Origin: Hypanus sabinus
Taxonomy: Eukaryota
Assembly (NCBI RefSeq): GCF_030144855.1
Contig: NC_082711.1
Location: 111,848,001 to 111,912,000 of the forward strand
DNA: 64,000 nucleotides
Direction: 5' to 3'
A program made the position numbers and the translations under genes. The notes beneath the pieces were generated by a model that did not search any database, was not told the origin of the DNA, and saw only the letters and a program-made list of their open reading frames with translations. Below, in pieces: positions 1 to 13,334 of the stretch. The number at the start of each line of letters is the position of its first letter. The stretch's first letter is position 1.

Positions 1-481
1 GTTCCTATGAAACCATTTGTAAACCAAAATGTCGTAAAGCGAAGAAGCAATTACCATTAATTTATATGGGAAAAAATTTTGAGCGTTCCCAGACCCAAAA
101 AATAACCTACCAAATAACACATAGAACCTAAAATAACACTAACATAGTAAAAGCAGGAATGATATGATAAATATACACCCTATATAAAGTAGAAATATTG
201 TATGTATGGTGTAGTTTCACTTATCAAAATCAGGAAGACAGCGAGCCAAAGTCTATTTGGAGAGAAAAAAATCAGCACGTACATGCATGGGCAAACAACT
301 GCCCGCACAAGGTTTCACGGTCATTGTAGTCTTTCTTGGGGTAAACACACGCATAAAGCGGGTGTTTTTTTTTCGTAAAAGTGAAAATCCTCTTTGGTTA
401 GCGAGAACAGGTACTAATGTAGGTCTTTCGTAACAGCAAGTTGTTGTAAAGTGAACGTTCGAAAAATGGGGGACACCTGTA
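1..481. mobile_element. End of a non-autonomous Tc1/mariner-superfamily (Tigger/pogo-like) DNA transposon
   Basis: Ends ...GAAAAATGGGGGACACCTG followed by TA; CR1 sequence resumes afterwards. Confidence 0.55.
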
Positions 482-870
482 TAGAGTGGATTTAGGGAAG
501 ATGTTTCCTGCAGTGGATGAGTCTAGGACCAGAGGGCACAGCCTCAGACTAGAACAGAGGTTCCCAACCTTTTTTATGCCATGGATCCCTACCATTAACC
601 AGAACCCCTCGACCAGAAGGACGTCCCTTTCGAACAGAGGTGAGGAGTTGTTCTATTGGCCAGTGAATTCATTGCCGTGGATGGCTGTGGAGGTCATGTC
701 ATTAGGTGTATTTAAAGAAAAAGTTGATATGCTCCTGATGTCAGGATGTCAAAGGTTAAGAGAGAGAAAGCAGAAGAATGGAGCTGAGAGGGATAATAAC
801 TCAGACACAATGGAATGGCAGAGCAGACTTGATGAGATGAATGGCCTAATTCTGCTCCTATGTCTTATGA
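482..870 (+). mobile_element. CR1 LINE 3' fragment
   Basis: MFPAVDESRTRGHSL and 3'UTR similar to the CR1 at 59400-59700. Confidence 0.8.
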
Positions 871-1809
871 GCACACTTTATCAGAGCCTCGACCAACAAT
901 GTTAACTTTTGTTCATTTCCATAGATGCTGCCTGACCTTCAGCATTTTGTGTGTGCTGTTCTGGCGATGTTTAGGTGTACACTTCTGAAGATGGTAGGCC
1001 AGACTGAAAACATTTAATAAATCACATGGGATTTGGGCTTTCCGAAATAGACACAAACAAAGAGCATTAATTTGCTCCAACAACAGTAACGTGCCCAATT
1101 AAGGGCATCACACTGCCAGAAGTGTACAAGGGCTTTGGATCAGGTGCCGACTGCACTAATTCAAATATTCTGGAGATCAAGGACACAAGCACTGTCTGGA
1201 GAAACCAAAATTGTGGAAGGTTTCAGATTGATTTGACTTCTTTACCACTACCTGAAAGGCCAATTCCAAGGATTGATAGTGACACAGAATAAAACACTTT
1301 TGACTATTCTTTTGACGCAACAATGTGCAATCGAGGTAGAGTAAAAGGTAAGGAGGAGGGAGAACCAAAAGGCAGCACATATATTTTTGACTCTATGACA
1401 CCCCGGAGAATTTTTGGAGAGCGATCATCACCAAATGATTGACCTATCTAAGGGCCATAACCTAAATGCCAGCAGGTAATCTTTACTGGGCACTCAAGGA
1501 GTCTGGTGTCCATACAATGCAGAGCGTACAAATGTCACCCAGTACAATGGGAGAGTGAATAGCCACACAGGTTAGTCACATAACCTGCATAGCCTGATCA
1601 AAGACCAGACCAGTGTTCATTTAAATTAAAACAAGGGGGTGGGAAGAAAAAAACCTCTCCTCTCGATCCCTCAGCAAAGTTCTCAGTACTCAAAAGAGTA
1701 TGTGGAAACAAGTCTGCGCAGATTGGCAACACTGAGCCTTTTAGCAACCTGCCAGAATGCAATGCAACAGCTGAGATGCACTTCAGAACCGCATCCTAAA
1801 TGTATAGAT

Positions 1810-2645
1810 TAGTCAAGTTTATTGTCATTTATTGATATACATGTATACCGTCACACAAGACAATGTTTCTCCGAACCAGGGTGTAATGCACAGTAATACA
1901 CATAATACACAATAACTTACGCAAGTCAAGATAAAATCTACAAATTAATTATTTCATAAATAAAATTAAATATTGTAAGGTACAGAACAGATTAAACAGT
2001 GACACTTCAAGTGCGATGCAACAGAGAGTTCAGAAGCCTAATGGCCTGAGGGAAGAAACTGTTTCCTATCCTGACCATTCTTGCTTTTATACATGGGAGT
2101 CTCCTGCTTGATGGTAGAAAGTCAAAGGGAATACTGGATGGATGGGTGGGATCCTTAATAACACTAAGAGCCATGTGTATGCAGTGCCCCTGCTAAATGT
2201 CCCTGATGGATGGTCCACTCAGCTGGTCTCACAGTCCTTTGTAGAAAATTCTGGTCTGATGCTCGACTGCTCCCATACCAGATGGAGATGCAACTTGTCA
2301 GAATGCTCTCCTGTAAAACACAGTTAAGATGGGGGTTGGGAGCCTCACTTACCTCAATCTCCTTAGAAAGTGGAGGCGCCACTGTGCCTTCTTGTTCAGA
2401 GAGGTGACATTAAGGTACCAGGTGAGGTCATCTATGATGTGATCTCACAGGAACTTGGTACACTTAACTCTTTCTACAGAACAGCCAAGTATTTGCAGAG
2501 GGAAATGGTTCATCTGCCCCTTCCTGAAGTCCACAATGATTTCTTTGGTCTTCTCCACACTCAGACTTATGTTGTTCTTCTCACACCAGTCCATCAGCTG
2601 CTCCACTTCCTCTCTATACTCCGATTCATCGTTGTTGATGAAGCC
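1810..2645 (-). mobile_element. Rex1/Babar-type LINE 3' fragment (RT C-terminus)
   Basis: ORFs ...YREEVEQLMDWCEKNNISLSVEKTKEIIVDFRK and ESILTSCISIWYG. Confidence 0.8.
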
Positions 2646-2969
2646 AAAATAATTTTTACCCAGCAAAAACCAGATATAAAAACACTATTTATAACACCTG
2701 CAAACATCACCAGACAAATGCCACCCACTGAGTCAGTGCTACGTAAGAGCATCAATAACAATAAATATTCCTTTCAGGCAAGGTCCTGATGTCAATGTCT
2801 GCACCTTGGAATCAGGAGAATGATTTAAAATTGGCATTTAAAATTGCCCATTAGCATTCTTAGATGGAAGCTCTCAGGAGAGGTCACAATGGAACAACAA
2901 GCAAATTTACCTCTTTTATTGTTATCAAATTTCAGATTCAATGCAAAATCAATTAAAGAGAGATTTTGA

Positions 2970-3440
2970 GCAACACACACAAAATGCTGGAGGAACTCAA
3001 CAGGCCAAGCAACATCTAGGAGAACAATTGACGTTTCAGGCCAAGACCTTCTTCAGGACTGGAAAGGAAAGGGGAAGATGCCAGAATAAAAAGGGGGGGG
3101 GGGGAAGGAAGACAAGCTAGAAGGTGAGAGGTGAAGCCAGGTGGGTGGGAAAGATAAAGGGATGGAGAGGAAGGAATCAGACAGGAGAGGAGAGTGGACC
3201 GTAGGAGAAAGGGAATGAGGAGGAGCACCGAGAGGGATGATAGGCAGGTGAGAAGAGGTAAGAGGCCAGAGTGGGGATTAGAAGATGGAAGGGGAGGGGG
3301 AGAAAAAAAACAGAAAATTACCAGATGGAGAAATCGATGTTCATACCATCAGGTTGGAAGCTATGGAGACAGAATACACTCCCCTAACCTGAAAATGGGG
3401 CTGCATCATGGCAGAAGAGGAGGCCATGGACTGACAGATG
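2970..3440 (-). mobile_element. Penelope-like element 3' end / terminal repeat with hammerhead motif
   Basis: Similar to 62440-62922; minus-strand CAGTC CTGAAGA AGGT CTTG GCCT GAAACGTC at 3025-3061. Confidence 0.8.
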
Positions 3441-5019
3441 GGATGGAAATACAGAAGCTTTGTACTTCAGCTGAAACAAAAGGATGCTGAATTAATGAGG
3501 TACAACTCTGATTTTCAAATTTAAAATGCTTTTAAACACTTTTAAAATGCATAAACTCCCACAAATTCAACAACGGCCAGATAACTTATGCTCCAGTAGC
3601 GATGGCTGACCAGAAGCACGGCTCAGGGACTAAAGTGCAGTCTGGTTAAGGGTCTCAGCCTGGAATGTCAACTGTTTATTCCTCAAGGATCAGATATAAT
3701 ATCACTGGCATAAGTCATGAAATTTGTTGTTATGTGGCAGCAGTACAGTACAATACATAAAAAAACTACACATTACAATAAGAAATGTATATAAAAAATT
3801 AAATATGCAGTGCAAAAAGAACAAAAATAGTGAGGTGGTGTTCATTAGTTTGCTCGTTGCCTGTTCAGAAACCTGATGGCGGAGGGGAAGAAGCTGTTCC
3901 CCACATTGAGAATGTATCTTCAGGCTCCTGCACCTCCTCTTTGATGGCAGTAATAAGAAGAGATCAAGTCCTGGGTGATGGAGGTCCTTAATGATGGATA
4001 CCGCCTTTTTGAAGATGTCCTCGATACTCGTGCTCAAGATGGAGATGGCGGAGTACGCAACCCCCAGCAGGTTAAGCAGCATCCATGGAATGGTCACCAT
4101 CTGTCTGGAGGGGCCAGTTCACAAGATTGGAAAAAGCCGCAGAGTTCCTCCAGCATTGTGTTTTACAGGGAAGTAGTATCCCAGCTCTTCACCTCAGGGT
4201 GGAGATTCGACTGAGGCTTCTGATACAAAAACTCTGAACCACTACTTATATCTCTGGATGAAACAGTCACAGGTTTGGTGAAAAAAAGTTACCATTAATA
4301 TAAATACAAATGCCATTTAACCACCAGGTATAAGCTCAGTAAGGCAGGCAAGTGCAGAGGCAGCATCAGTACATAATTAATGGCATGAGATGAGGTCCAA
4401 TACATTGTGCACCTGCTATGTCAAAGTATTGATGAATCAGACACTATTTGAGCTTAGTATGGACAGCCACCCGAAAATTCTTTGTCACATGTACATCAAA
4501 ACATACAGTGAATTGTTCTCTGCATCGAATCAGCGAGGGTTGTGATGGGCCATTCCCGAGTGTCACACACTACTGGAGCCAAGATAGCACGCCACACAAC
4601 TCACTAACCCTAACGTCTTTGGAACGTGGAGCACCCAGAGGAAACACACACAGTCACGAGGAGAATGCACAAACTCCTTCCAGTGACAGGCATCAAAACC
4701 CAACCTGTGATTGCTGGTGCTGTAAAGCGATGGCACTAACCACTAGCTACCATGCGCAGGCTGCTGCCCTGGGTATGTAAATACACTGTCCCTGTGAGCT
4801 CGTTTCAGTCCTTGCTCCAAAGCATTTGAAAAAAGAGACCAGAGCAGCTCCAGACACTGCACTGAGCACAGAACTCCAGACAATGGACAGAACTTGTGTG
4901 ATACACTCTCAATACAACCTATACTTCCAGAATTCCTCGTAAATGGCATCAAAGGTACAGTAGATAGGGTCATAAAGAAAGCTCTTAGTCTTCATAAAGA
5001 ACCTTTATTCTTCATAGAG

Positions 5020-7620
5020 ATTTATTGGCCTTCATCGAGCACAGGAGTGGAACGTCATGTTGAAGTTGTGCAAAATGTTGGTGGGGAATAATCTAGAGTA
5101 AATGTGTGTAGTTCTCATCACTTACCCACAAGAAATTTATCAATAAGATTGAAAGAGTGCAGAGAAAATTTACAAGGATGTTGCCAGGACTTAAGGACAA
5201 GAGTTATCAGGAAAATTTGAATAGGTTAGGACTTCATTCCCTAGAACATAGAAGATTGAGGGGAGATTTGACCCGGTGAGGGGTACAGACAGGATAAATG
5301 CAAGCAGAATTCTTCCACTGATGTTGGGTGAGACTAGAACTAGAGGTCATAGGTTAAAGTGAAATGTTTAAGGGGAACATGGGAAGTTTGGATAGGTAGG
5401 TCAATGGGACCAGGCAGAATAATAGTTCGGCATGAACTAGATGGGCTGAACAGCATGTTTCTGTGTATGACTCTTCACAATAGAGGAAATGCTTAGTCAA
5501 TTTCAGCATTATACATTTCCACAATGAGCACTGTGATAATAAGCACAAGCAGTTTTTAGTGAACTTGACTGAAGACATTCCTGTCTGCTCTGCTTCACAG
5601 AGACGTAGCTCACCCCAACACTCCAGCCCATCGCACGGATCAGACAGTGGTCTGGAACATCTAGCAGTCAAGTGCCATCCATTCTATCTGCCGAGGTGGT
5701 TTTCCATCATTAGCCTGCTTTCAGTGTACATTCCACCCCTGACCAACATAACACTGGTGTTCAGCACTGTGCTAGCAGTCACAAGATTTCCCTAAGATTG
5801 CGGGGGATTTCAGGCAGGCCTGCATGAAAAAGTCTCCGACCAACTACCACCAACACACCCCCTGTGGAACCAGAGGAGTCAACCCACTTGACCTCTGTTA
5901 CACCACCATTAAGAACACTTACCCTACCATCCCACTGTGAGAGAAAACAGGAGCACCCGAAGGAGAAAAACACACACACACACACAAACCTGCTTACAGG
6001 ACACCGGAATTGCAGCCCAAACAACGGCCGAGCTGTAATAGTGTCACACTAACCCCTACGCTATTGAGACTTGCAGGGCCAGTTTTATTTTCCTGCACAG
6101 AAAGCAGTGCATGCCTGGAACATGCCGGCTGGAGTGGTGGTGGAGACAAATACAACAGAGTTACTTAGAATGCTCTTAGATAGGCAAATGAATGTGCAGA
6201 GAATGGAAGGACATGGACCACATTGCTGGGACCTGAGCTACGGGGAAAGGTTGAACAGGTTAGGAATTTATTCCATGGTGTGCAGGAGGATGAGGGAATT
6301 TTGAGAGATGTATACAGTTATGAGGGGTATAGATAGGGTAAATGCAAGTAGGCTCTTTTCACTGACGTTGGGTGAGACTACAACTAGGGGACATAGGTCA
6401 AGGGTGAAAGGTGAATTGTTTAAGGGGAACATGAAAAGGAACCCCTGCACTCAGAAGGTGGTTAAGATTAAGAATGTGAAACCAGCTACCAGCAAAAGTA
6501 GTGACTTCAACATTTAAGTGAAATTTTGATAGGTACATGGATGGGAAGAATATGGAGGGATATGGTCGAAGTGCAGGTCTATCGACTTGTCAAAATAACA
6601 GTTCGCATGGACTGGATGGGCCGAAGTGCCTGTTCTTGTGCTGCAGTGTTCAGTCAGAAGGGATTAGTTTAGTTGCATGTCATTAGATTAATTAGTTAGG
6701 CACAACATCATGAGCCAAGAAGCCAAGCTTGTGCTCTGGTCTTCTCTGAAAACCATGAGATAGCAAGGACAAGAGGCTGAGTGTCATCCTCCTGAGTATG
6801 CTACAGGCTACCCAACACTGCAAACATTTAGTCTGGCTGGCCTGGTGTTCCTCTGCTGAAACAGACATCACATCAACATCTCTGATGCTGCACATCTCAG
6901 AATCGCTAACTGTGGTACACACGTTTCATATTACTAATGCGGCCTTAATCAGGAGTCCAAATTTCACATAGGGTTCAAAGAGACATCTATATGGAGACAT
7001 GCAAGTTCCACAGTTGCAAATCAGCATTCATGTCGAGAGGACTAGAATATAAAAACAAGGATAAAATGTTGAAGCTTTTTAAGACTTTAGTCAAACCATG
7101 CATGAAGAATTGAGAGCAGTTTGGGGCCCTTTATCTAAGAAAGGAAGTTCTGGCATTGGGGAGAGTTCAGAGGAGGTTCGTGAGAATGATCCTGGAAATG
7201 ACAGTGTTAATGTAGGAGCACCGTTTAATGGCTCTTGGCCTGTACTCATCTGAGTTCAGAAGAATGAGCGGGGATCTCATTGAAACCTATATTGAAAAGC
7301 CCAGGTAGAGTCAATGTGGAGAGGATGTTTCCTATGGTGGGGCAGTCTAGGACCAGAGGACACAGCCTCAAAATAAGAGGGACATCCATTTAGAATAGAA
7401 ATGAGGAGCGATTTCTTTAGCCAGAGTGGTGAATCTGTGGAATTTAATGTCAAAGATGGCTGTGGAAGCCAAGTCAGAGGTTGATAGATTCTTGATTAGT
7501 CAGAACATCAAAGGTTACGGGGAAAAGGTTGAAAGGGAAAATAAATCAGCCATGATGGAATGGCGGAGCAGGCTCAAATAAACCAATTGGCCTAATTCTG
7601 CTCTAAGGTCTAATGGTCCA
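5020..7620 (+). mobile_element. Cluster of CR1 3' fragments with Rex-type and SINE pieces
   Basis: Repeated LSYGERLNRLG, GIDRVNASRLF and TRGH motifs and CR1 3'UTRs. Confidence 0.7.
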
Positions 7621-7889
7621 AGTCATCCAGATACAAACTACAAAGGCCATAATTAGAGTGAAAAAGCAATTTCTCGTCAACTTACATACAGAAGCAGATG
7701 TACATCAGCTACTCAGGAACTCCCTCCCCTGAGCTATCTGAACTGTTTCAAAGCTTTCTGAGTAAAATTGTGCTAAATGCATTACAGTTATTCCTTCAGC
7801 ACCAAACATCAGAATAAAATTCAGGAGAAAATACAAGAGTCAGTCTTTCAACCAACCCTCTCGACGGATATAAACACATTTCAGAAATC

Positions 7890-9290
7890 ATTGAGTGTGG
7901 GTCTTCAGGCTCCTGTACCTCCTCTCTGATCGCAGTAATGAGAAGAGGACAGGTCTCAGGTGGTGAGTTTCCTTAATGATGGATGCTGCCCTTTTGAGTC
8001 ACCATGTCTTGAAGATATCCTCAGTGGTGGGGAGGGTTATTCCCATCATGTAGCTGACTGAGCCAACATCCCTCTGCAGGCTTTCAATCCCGTGGATCAG
8101 AGTCTACTTACCGGATGTTGATGCAAACAATCAGAACATTCTCCACTGTATATTTATAGAAATTTGCAAGTCTTTGGTGACATACCAAATCTTTTCAAAC
8201 TCCTAATATAGCAGCTGTTGTGCCTTTTTCACGAATGCATCAATGTGTTGGGTCCAGGATACTGACCCCCAGGAATTTGAAACTGATCACCCTTTCTACA
8301 GTTGACTCCTCAATGAGGATCGATGTGTGTTTTCCCTATTTTCCCCTTCCTGAAGTCCACAATCGATTCCTTGGTTGTGTTAATGTTGAGTGTGAGATTG
8401 TTATTGCAACTTCACTCAACCAGCTGGTCTATCTTACTCCTGTACACCACCTCTTTGCCATCTGAAATTTTACCAACTATGGTGGTGTCATCTGTGAATT
8501 TGTAGATGGCATTTGAGCTGTGACTAGCCACACAGTCATGGGTGTAGAGAGAGTAGAGCAGTGGTCTAAACACACATCCTTGAGGTGCACCTATTTTGAA
8601 CCTGTAAGGGAAAGACATTATTTCCAATTCAACTGATGAGGAAGTTAAGGGTCAAGCTGCAGAAGGAGGTACAGAGGTCCAGGCTTTGAAGCTTATTGAG
8701 GAGATGATGATGTTGATACTGAGCTGTAATCAGTAGACATCAGCCTGACATGTGTTTGCTGTTGCCAACATGCTCCACAGTGGACAGCCAGTAAGACTGC
8801 ATCTGCTGTTCACCTATTCTGGTGATAAGCAAATTATAGTAGGTCCAAGTCCCTGCTTAGGCAGGAGTTGATTCTAGCCACGACCAAGCTCTCAAAGCAC
8901 TTAATCACAGTAGATGTGAGTACCACTGGGCAACAGTCGTTGATGCAGCTCACCCAGCTCTTCGGTACGGGTATAATTGATGGCCTTTTGAAGCAGGTGG
9001 GAACCTCAGCCTGCATGCTCCAACCAGTTGGTTGGTACAAATTTTTAGTACCTTACCAATTATATGTTTGGGGCACCACACCTTGCAAGAGTTCAGCCTC
9101 TTGAACATGCTATGACATCGGCCTCCAAGACAGAGCTCACAGGATCACCGGATACCGTGTGGGGGGGGGGGGGGGGGGTGTTCATGAAAGTGTCGTGTAT
9201 TCTCCCTTTCATTTATGTTGAGCTCGTTGGGGGTGAAGCATTGCAACCATTGGTACTGCATGTTGCACCTTACAATAAATAATGGCCTGC
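7890..9290 (-). mobile_element. Degenerate Rex1/Babar-type LINE RT region
   Basis: GAPQGCV...LYSLYTHDC...YKFTDDTTIVG; PTCFKRPSIIPVPK. Confidence 0.85.
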
Positions 9291-9699
9291 AAACCCCGAC
9301 GTACTTTGATTCCCTCTCTGCTCTAGGAGCTTGCTGGGAACAGCCAAGTAGAGAATGACAGTCCCAGCGCAGTGCAGGAGCATATAAATGTTGGCAAGAA
9401 GTCAAACACCAGTTAAAGCCTCAGGCAAGCCACCTGCATCTGTCCCAGGATACAAGCATTTGATCATTTCGTTTCATCTCTGTCAGCACTAATACTCCCA
9501 CAGACACAAAGAAATTAATGTGTAACTAAAGTCTCCTTGTTTCCAGTCCTCCGCCTCTCCACACATTGCTTCCTTCTACCTCATTGAAATTCTGGAATTG
9601 TATCACCTCACCCCCTTTGACAACCTACACTGTGGATTGCCTCATACTCAACCCCCTCAGTAGGCACCTGAAAAGCCCGCAGGCATACCACCAAAGATC

Positions 9700-10190
9700 C
9701 TTACGAGAGAGTTTGAGGGCTAGCTGTTAGGACTGACACACTAACACCAACGTGAGCAGGTCAACATGAACAGGACATCCACGAAAAACCAACACAGATT
9801 GGTCATGTCATTCAGGTGCAAACTGATCCTTCACTCCCAGTTGAAGGAAGGTCGGCGAGCCCCTGGTGGGCAAAGGAAACGCTTTAAAGATAACATCAAA
9901 TTCAACATTAAATCTAAAAACTGGTAAGACATTGCACTCAATACACACCTGGAGGAAATCTGTTCAAGAGGGCACTGCGTTACATGAAGCAACCTCAACG
10001 GTGCTGCAGAGGACAAGGGGCAGCTGCGAAAGAGGGATTGAACAACTGAAAGACCCAACCACTGACCACAGCCACCACTTACTCTCGCCCACACTGCACC
10101 AGAAGATGTGGATCCTGGAGCAGCCTCCACAGTCACCCAAGGACAACCCTTAGGAGAACAGCATACGCGACTCGAGTGATCTCACTACTA
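9700..10190 (+). mobile_element. RTE-clade LINE 3' fragment
   Basis: Translates to SQLKEGRRAPGGQRKRFKDNIK with a C-terminal C2H2-like remnant. Confidence 0.6.
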
Positions 10191-10599
10191 TCCCCTAAGA
10201 CATTGGATGACCTCTTTAAAATCTGGAACACCACACAGACCACTGGAGGAACTCAGCAGTCAGAGAACATCTCTGGAGGGACTAAAAGAAAGCAGTCCAA
10301 AAGGCGGCAGGTGGCGGGAGGATCCAGTTGAGGGGGAGTGATAGGCAGATGAGGGCAGGGTGGGAATGGCGCCAGAGGATAAGAGGTGACAGGAATGTGG
10401 AAGGGAGTTGGGGAGAGAAAGCAAAGGGAGGAATATGTGGCTGATGGAGAGGGTGGGGGATGGGAAAGAGAGAATATTGGGGGCAGGACAATCAGGAGGA
10501 GAAAAGAGACAGAGGAGGACTGGAGGTTTGAGAATTCAACAGGTTGGACCGCTGTTCCTCTACTTTGCCTCTGGCCTCAATTTGGCAGTGGAGGAAGCT

Positions 10600-11460
10600 T
10601 GGACAGACAGTACAGTACAGGCCACTTGGCCCAAAATGTCAATCCAACATTTTTAATCTACTCAAAGAACATTTGCACCTTTCCTCCTACATAACCCCCC
10701 ACTTTTCTATCATTCAATCTAAGAGTTTCTTTAATGTCCCTAATGTACCTGCTTCTACCCACCAATCCTGGCAGGTGGTCCACACACCCACACACCATTC
10801 TGTAAAAAATAGCTTACAGTCCCTCTGATATTCCCCCCCCTATACTTCTCCCAGTCACCTTAAGATTATGCCCCTTCATATTAGTTATTTCTGCCCTGGG
10901 AAAAAGTCTCTGTCTGGCCATTCAATCTATGCATCTTGTGCAGCTCTATCACATCCCCTGCCTTACTCGACCATAGAACATTACAGAACAAAAACAGGTC
11001 TTTTGGCCTTTCTTGGCTGTGCCGAACCAATCATGTTCTTTAAGCCAGATAAAATCCTGGTAAGTCTCCTCTGCACCCTCTCTATATAGCTTCCACATCC
11101 TTTCTATACTGAGACTACCAGAAATGAAACACAAAACTCCATGTGCTGTCAGATTCACCACTCTCTGGCTAAAGAAATTCCTCCCCATCTCTGTTCCAAA
11201 TGGATGTCCCTCTATTCTGTGGCTGTGCCCTCTGGTCCAAACTCTCCCACTATTAGAAACATCCTGTCTGCATCCATTCTATCTAGTCCTTTCAATATTC
11301 GAAAGGTTTCAATGAGGTCCCCTCTTCATTCTTCTAATCTCCAGCAAGAACAGGCCCAGAGCCATCAAACACTCCTCCGCATACATTAACCCTTTCATTC
11401 CTGGAAATATTTTCATGAGCCTCCTCTGAACTCCTTCCAATGCCAGCACATCCTTTCTCA
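10600..11460 (-). mobile_element. Nested CR1 3' fragments
   Basis: GRNFFSQRVVNL; reverse-complement CR1 3'UTRs. Confidence 0.7.
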
Positions 11461-12303
11461 AAATTAATACTAACATGGAATTCTTTCGCTCTACCGAGGC
11501 CTTTAAAATATTCTTTTTTTAAAAAAAGACGCCAGTGAGTACAGGCTCAGAACCATCAAATGCTTTGGGCACTCAATCTGTTTCAGAAATAAGGCAGCTG
11601 GACTCCAAAAGTCTCTCCAGGATGATGCCTAGTCAAGTTTAACCACAGCGCAGAGTACACTCAGGATAAAGTCCCACCACTGTCTATGGACAATAGGGGT
11701 GAGCTACCTACCAAAAGTCTACCCCCTACCTCCACCAATTAGGCTCACTTTCTCAATAAGAAAATTGAAGAATGCTAGACATCTGAAATAAGACTAAAAA
11801 TGCTGGAAGCACTCAGCAGATCTGTACAAGGAGAAACAATTAATGTTTCAAGTTGAGGGCCCTTCACATGTCCATTGGTATACCTGATCTGAAAATCAAA
11901 GTGTTAAAAGGTTTCTTTCTTCACAGATACTGCCCGGCCTGATGAGATCCATCTTTTGCCAAGCATAGAAAGAAACAACTCAATAAATCGGAGGCCACAG
12001 TGAATTCTTTTCCTCCTCACCTTCCTAGAAAACCACAATTTCTCACGGGCAGATGACCGTTCATGAAAACAGTACTAAGTCCTTCAACTTGGCACCTGAC
12101 AACTGAGAACAGACCCAAGAAAATTCAACTTGAAAGACGCTCTGGACAATTGAGATTCTGGCTGAGATGCAAGAATCTGTCGCCTTTCAGAAAAGGAACC
12201 TAACAATTTCCTCCCACAGTCCGGGAATTAAGCGACCCGAAGGCCTATTCTGAAGAATGGGAAGTAGCAAACAAAGTAGCCTGGACATGAGGACATCACT
12301 TAC

Positions 12304-12419
12304 CAAACTACAAAGCTGCTCCAGAGGTAAGACTTGTGACCTTCACCACTAGTTTGCAGTGCTCAAATATTACAGCAGACCTTGTACATCTACACATACA
12401 GAACACCTCACATTCATAG
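12304..12419 (-). other. Candidate second (5'UTR) exon of unidentified gene, 116 nt
   Basis: Acceptor ctcatattcag, donor TTG|gtaagt; contains a short ATG-TAA uORF and no recognisable protein. Confidence 0.4.
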
Positions 12420-12729
12420 CTGAATATGAGTATTATAGTATTATGTGAATCTAATAGTAGCGAGATCAGTAAATATATAAATAAAGACAGACAAGCATTT
12501 ATATAGGTAATATTAAAAGGGGCTTGGACCTCCCGATGAACACTTAAAACCAAAGAGTGCAGGGAATACCAATGATAACAAGGCTGTCTGAAAGTCGCAG
12601 ATAAATCACAAAGAAGCAGCTCGGTCAATAATTGTGATCAATACTTCTGTCGATAATCGAAGTTCACTGGACGCCTGGAATATGATATCAGGCAGCCAAC
12701 TGAAGGCCTTCACTTCCTTACCCCAACCA

Positions 12730-13320
12730 CTGTCCTCCCCGTCCACCGTCTTCTTCACTCCCTCCACCGGCTCACCCCAATCCGGGACCGGGCAGGGCCT
12801 TCCCTTCTCAGCCTCCCTCGGCGCCAGCCAGGTGCGGCCCACCGCTCCCGCCTCGGTCTCTCTCTCCCCCGCTAGCTCCGAACGCCAGGGCCCTGAGCCC
12901 GGGCCCCGGGAGTAACCGTGCCCGCGGCGCCCTCCCCGCTGTCGTCGCTCACTTACTCACCGGGCGGCGAGGGCGAGGCCTGCGTCGGCTCTGTCCCCGG
13001 CTCCTTCTCACTCTGTCCCCGGCGCCGGCGCCACTCCACTCCGCTTCGAGCCGCTTCCGCCTCGGATGCTCAGCCCCGGTTCGCTGCGCCCCCGCGCGGC
13101 CCCGCCACCCTGCCCGACAGCCCATAATAGGAGCGGGCCTCGGCAACAGGGCCGCCCTTAGCAACCGGGCACCGGGCTGCCCACTGCAAAGCGACGGGGA
13201 CCCTCTGCTACCCGAATCCCCAGGCTGTCCCGGGGTCCCAGCAAAGTGCTGAGGAGCTCCGCAGGATCTGAGGGTCATCAGCAGGGTAATCCCCACCCCC
13301 CGGGGACCTGCCCCTGGGTC
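12730..13320. promoter_or_regulatory. CpG-island promoter of a second, unidentified minus-strand gene
   Basis: Very GC/CpG-rich and not a recognisable repeat; GC box 13100-13106; ETS core CTTCCG 13054-13059; RFX-like CCTTAGCAAC 13156-13165. Confidence 0.8.
12961..13070 (-). other. Probable non-coding first exon of unidentified gene (5' end approximate)
   Basis: Donor CCG|gtgagt at 12955-12960 within the CpG island. Confidence 0.6.
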
Positions 13321-13334
13321 TGAGACGGTCTGCA

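Noticed and set aside
950-7800. Possible minus-strand coding exons of the left gene (e.g. near 1100-1250, 6760-6855, 7686-7737)
   Set aside because: Isolated splice-like signals only, with no recognisable protein or consistent frame
9159-9180. Poly-G tracts (also ~3092, 17622, 32634, 33645, 63762) as G-quadruplex elements
   Set aside because: Simple homopolymers, mostly within repeats, with lengths unreliable in assemblies
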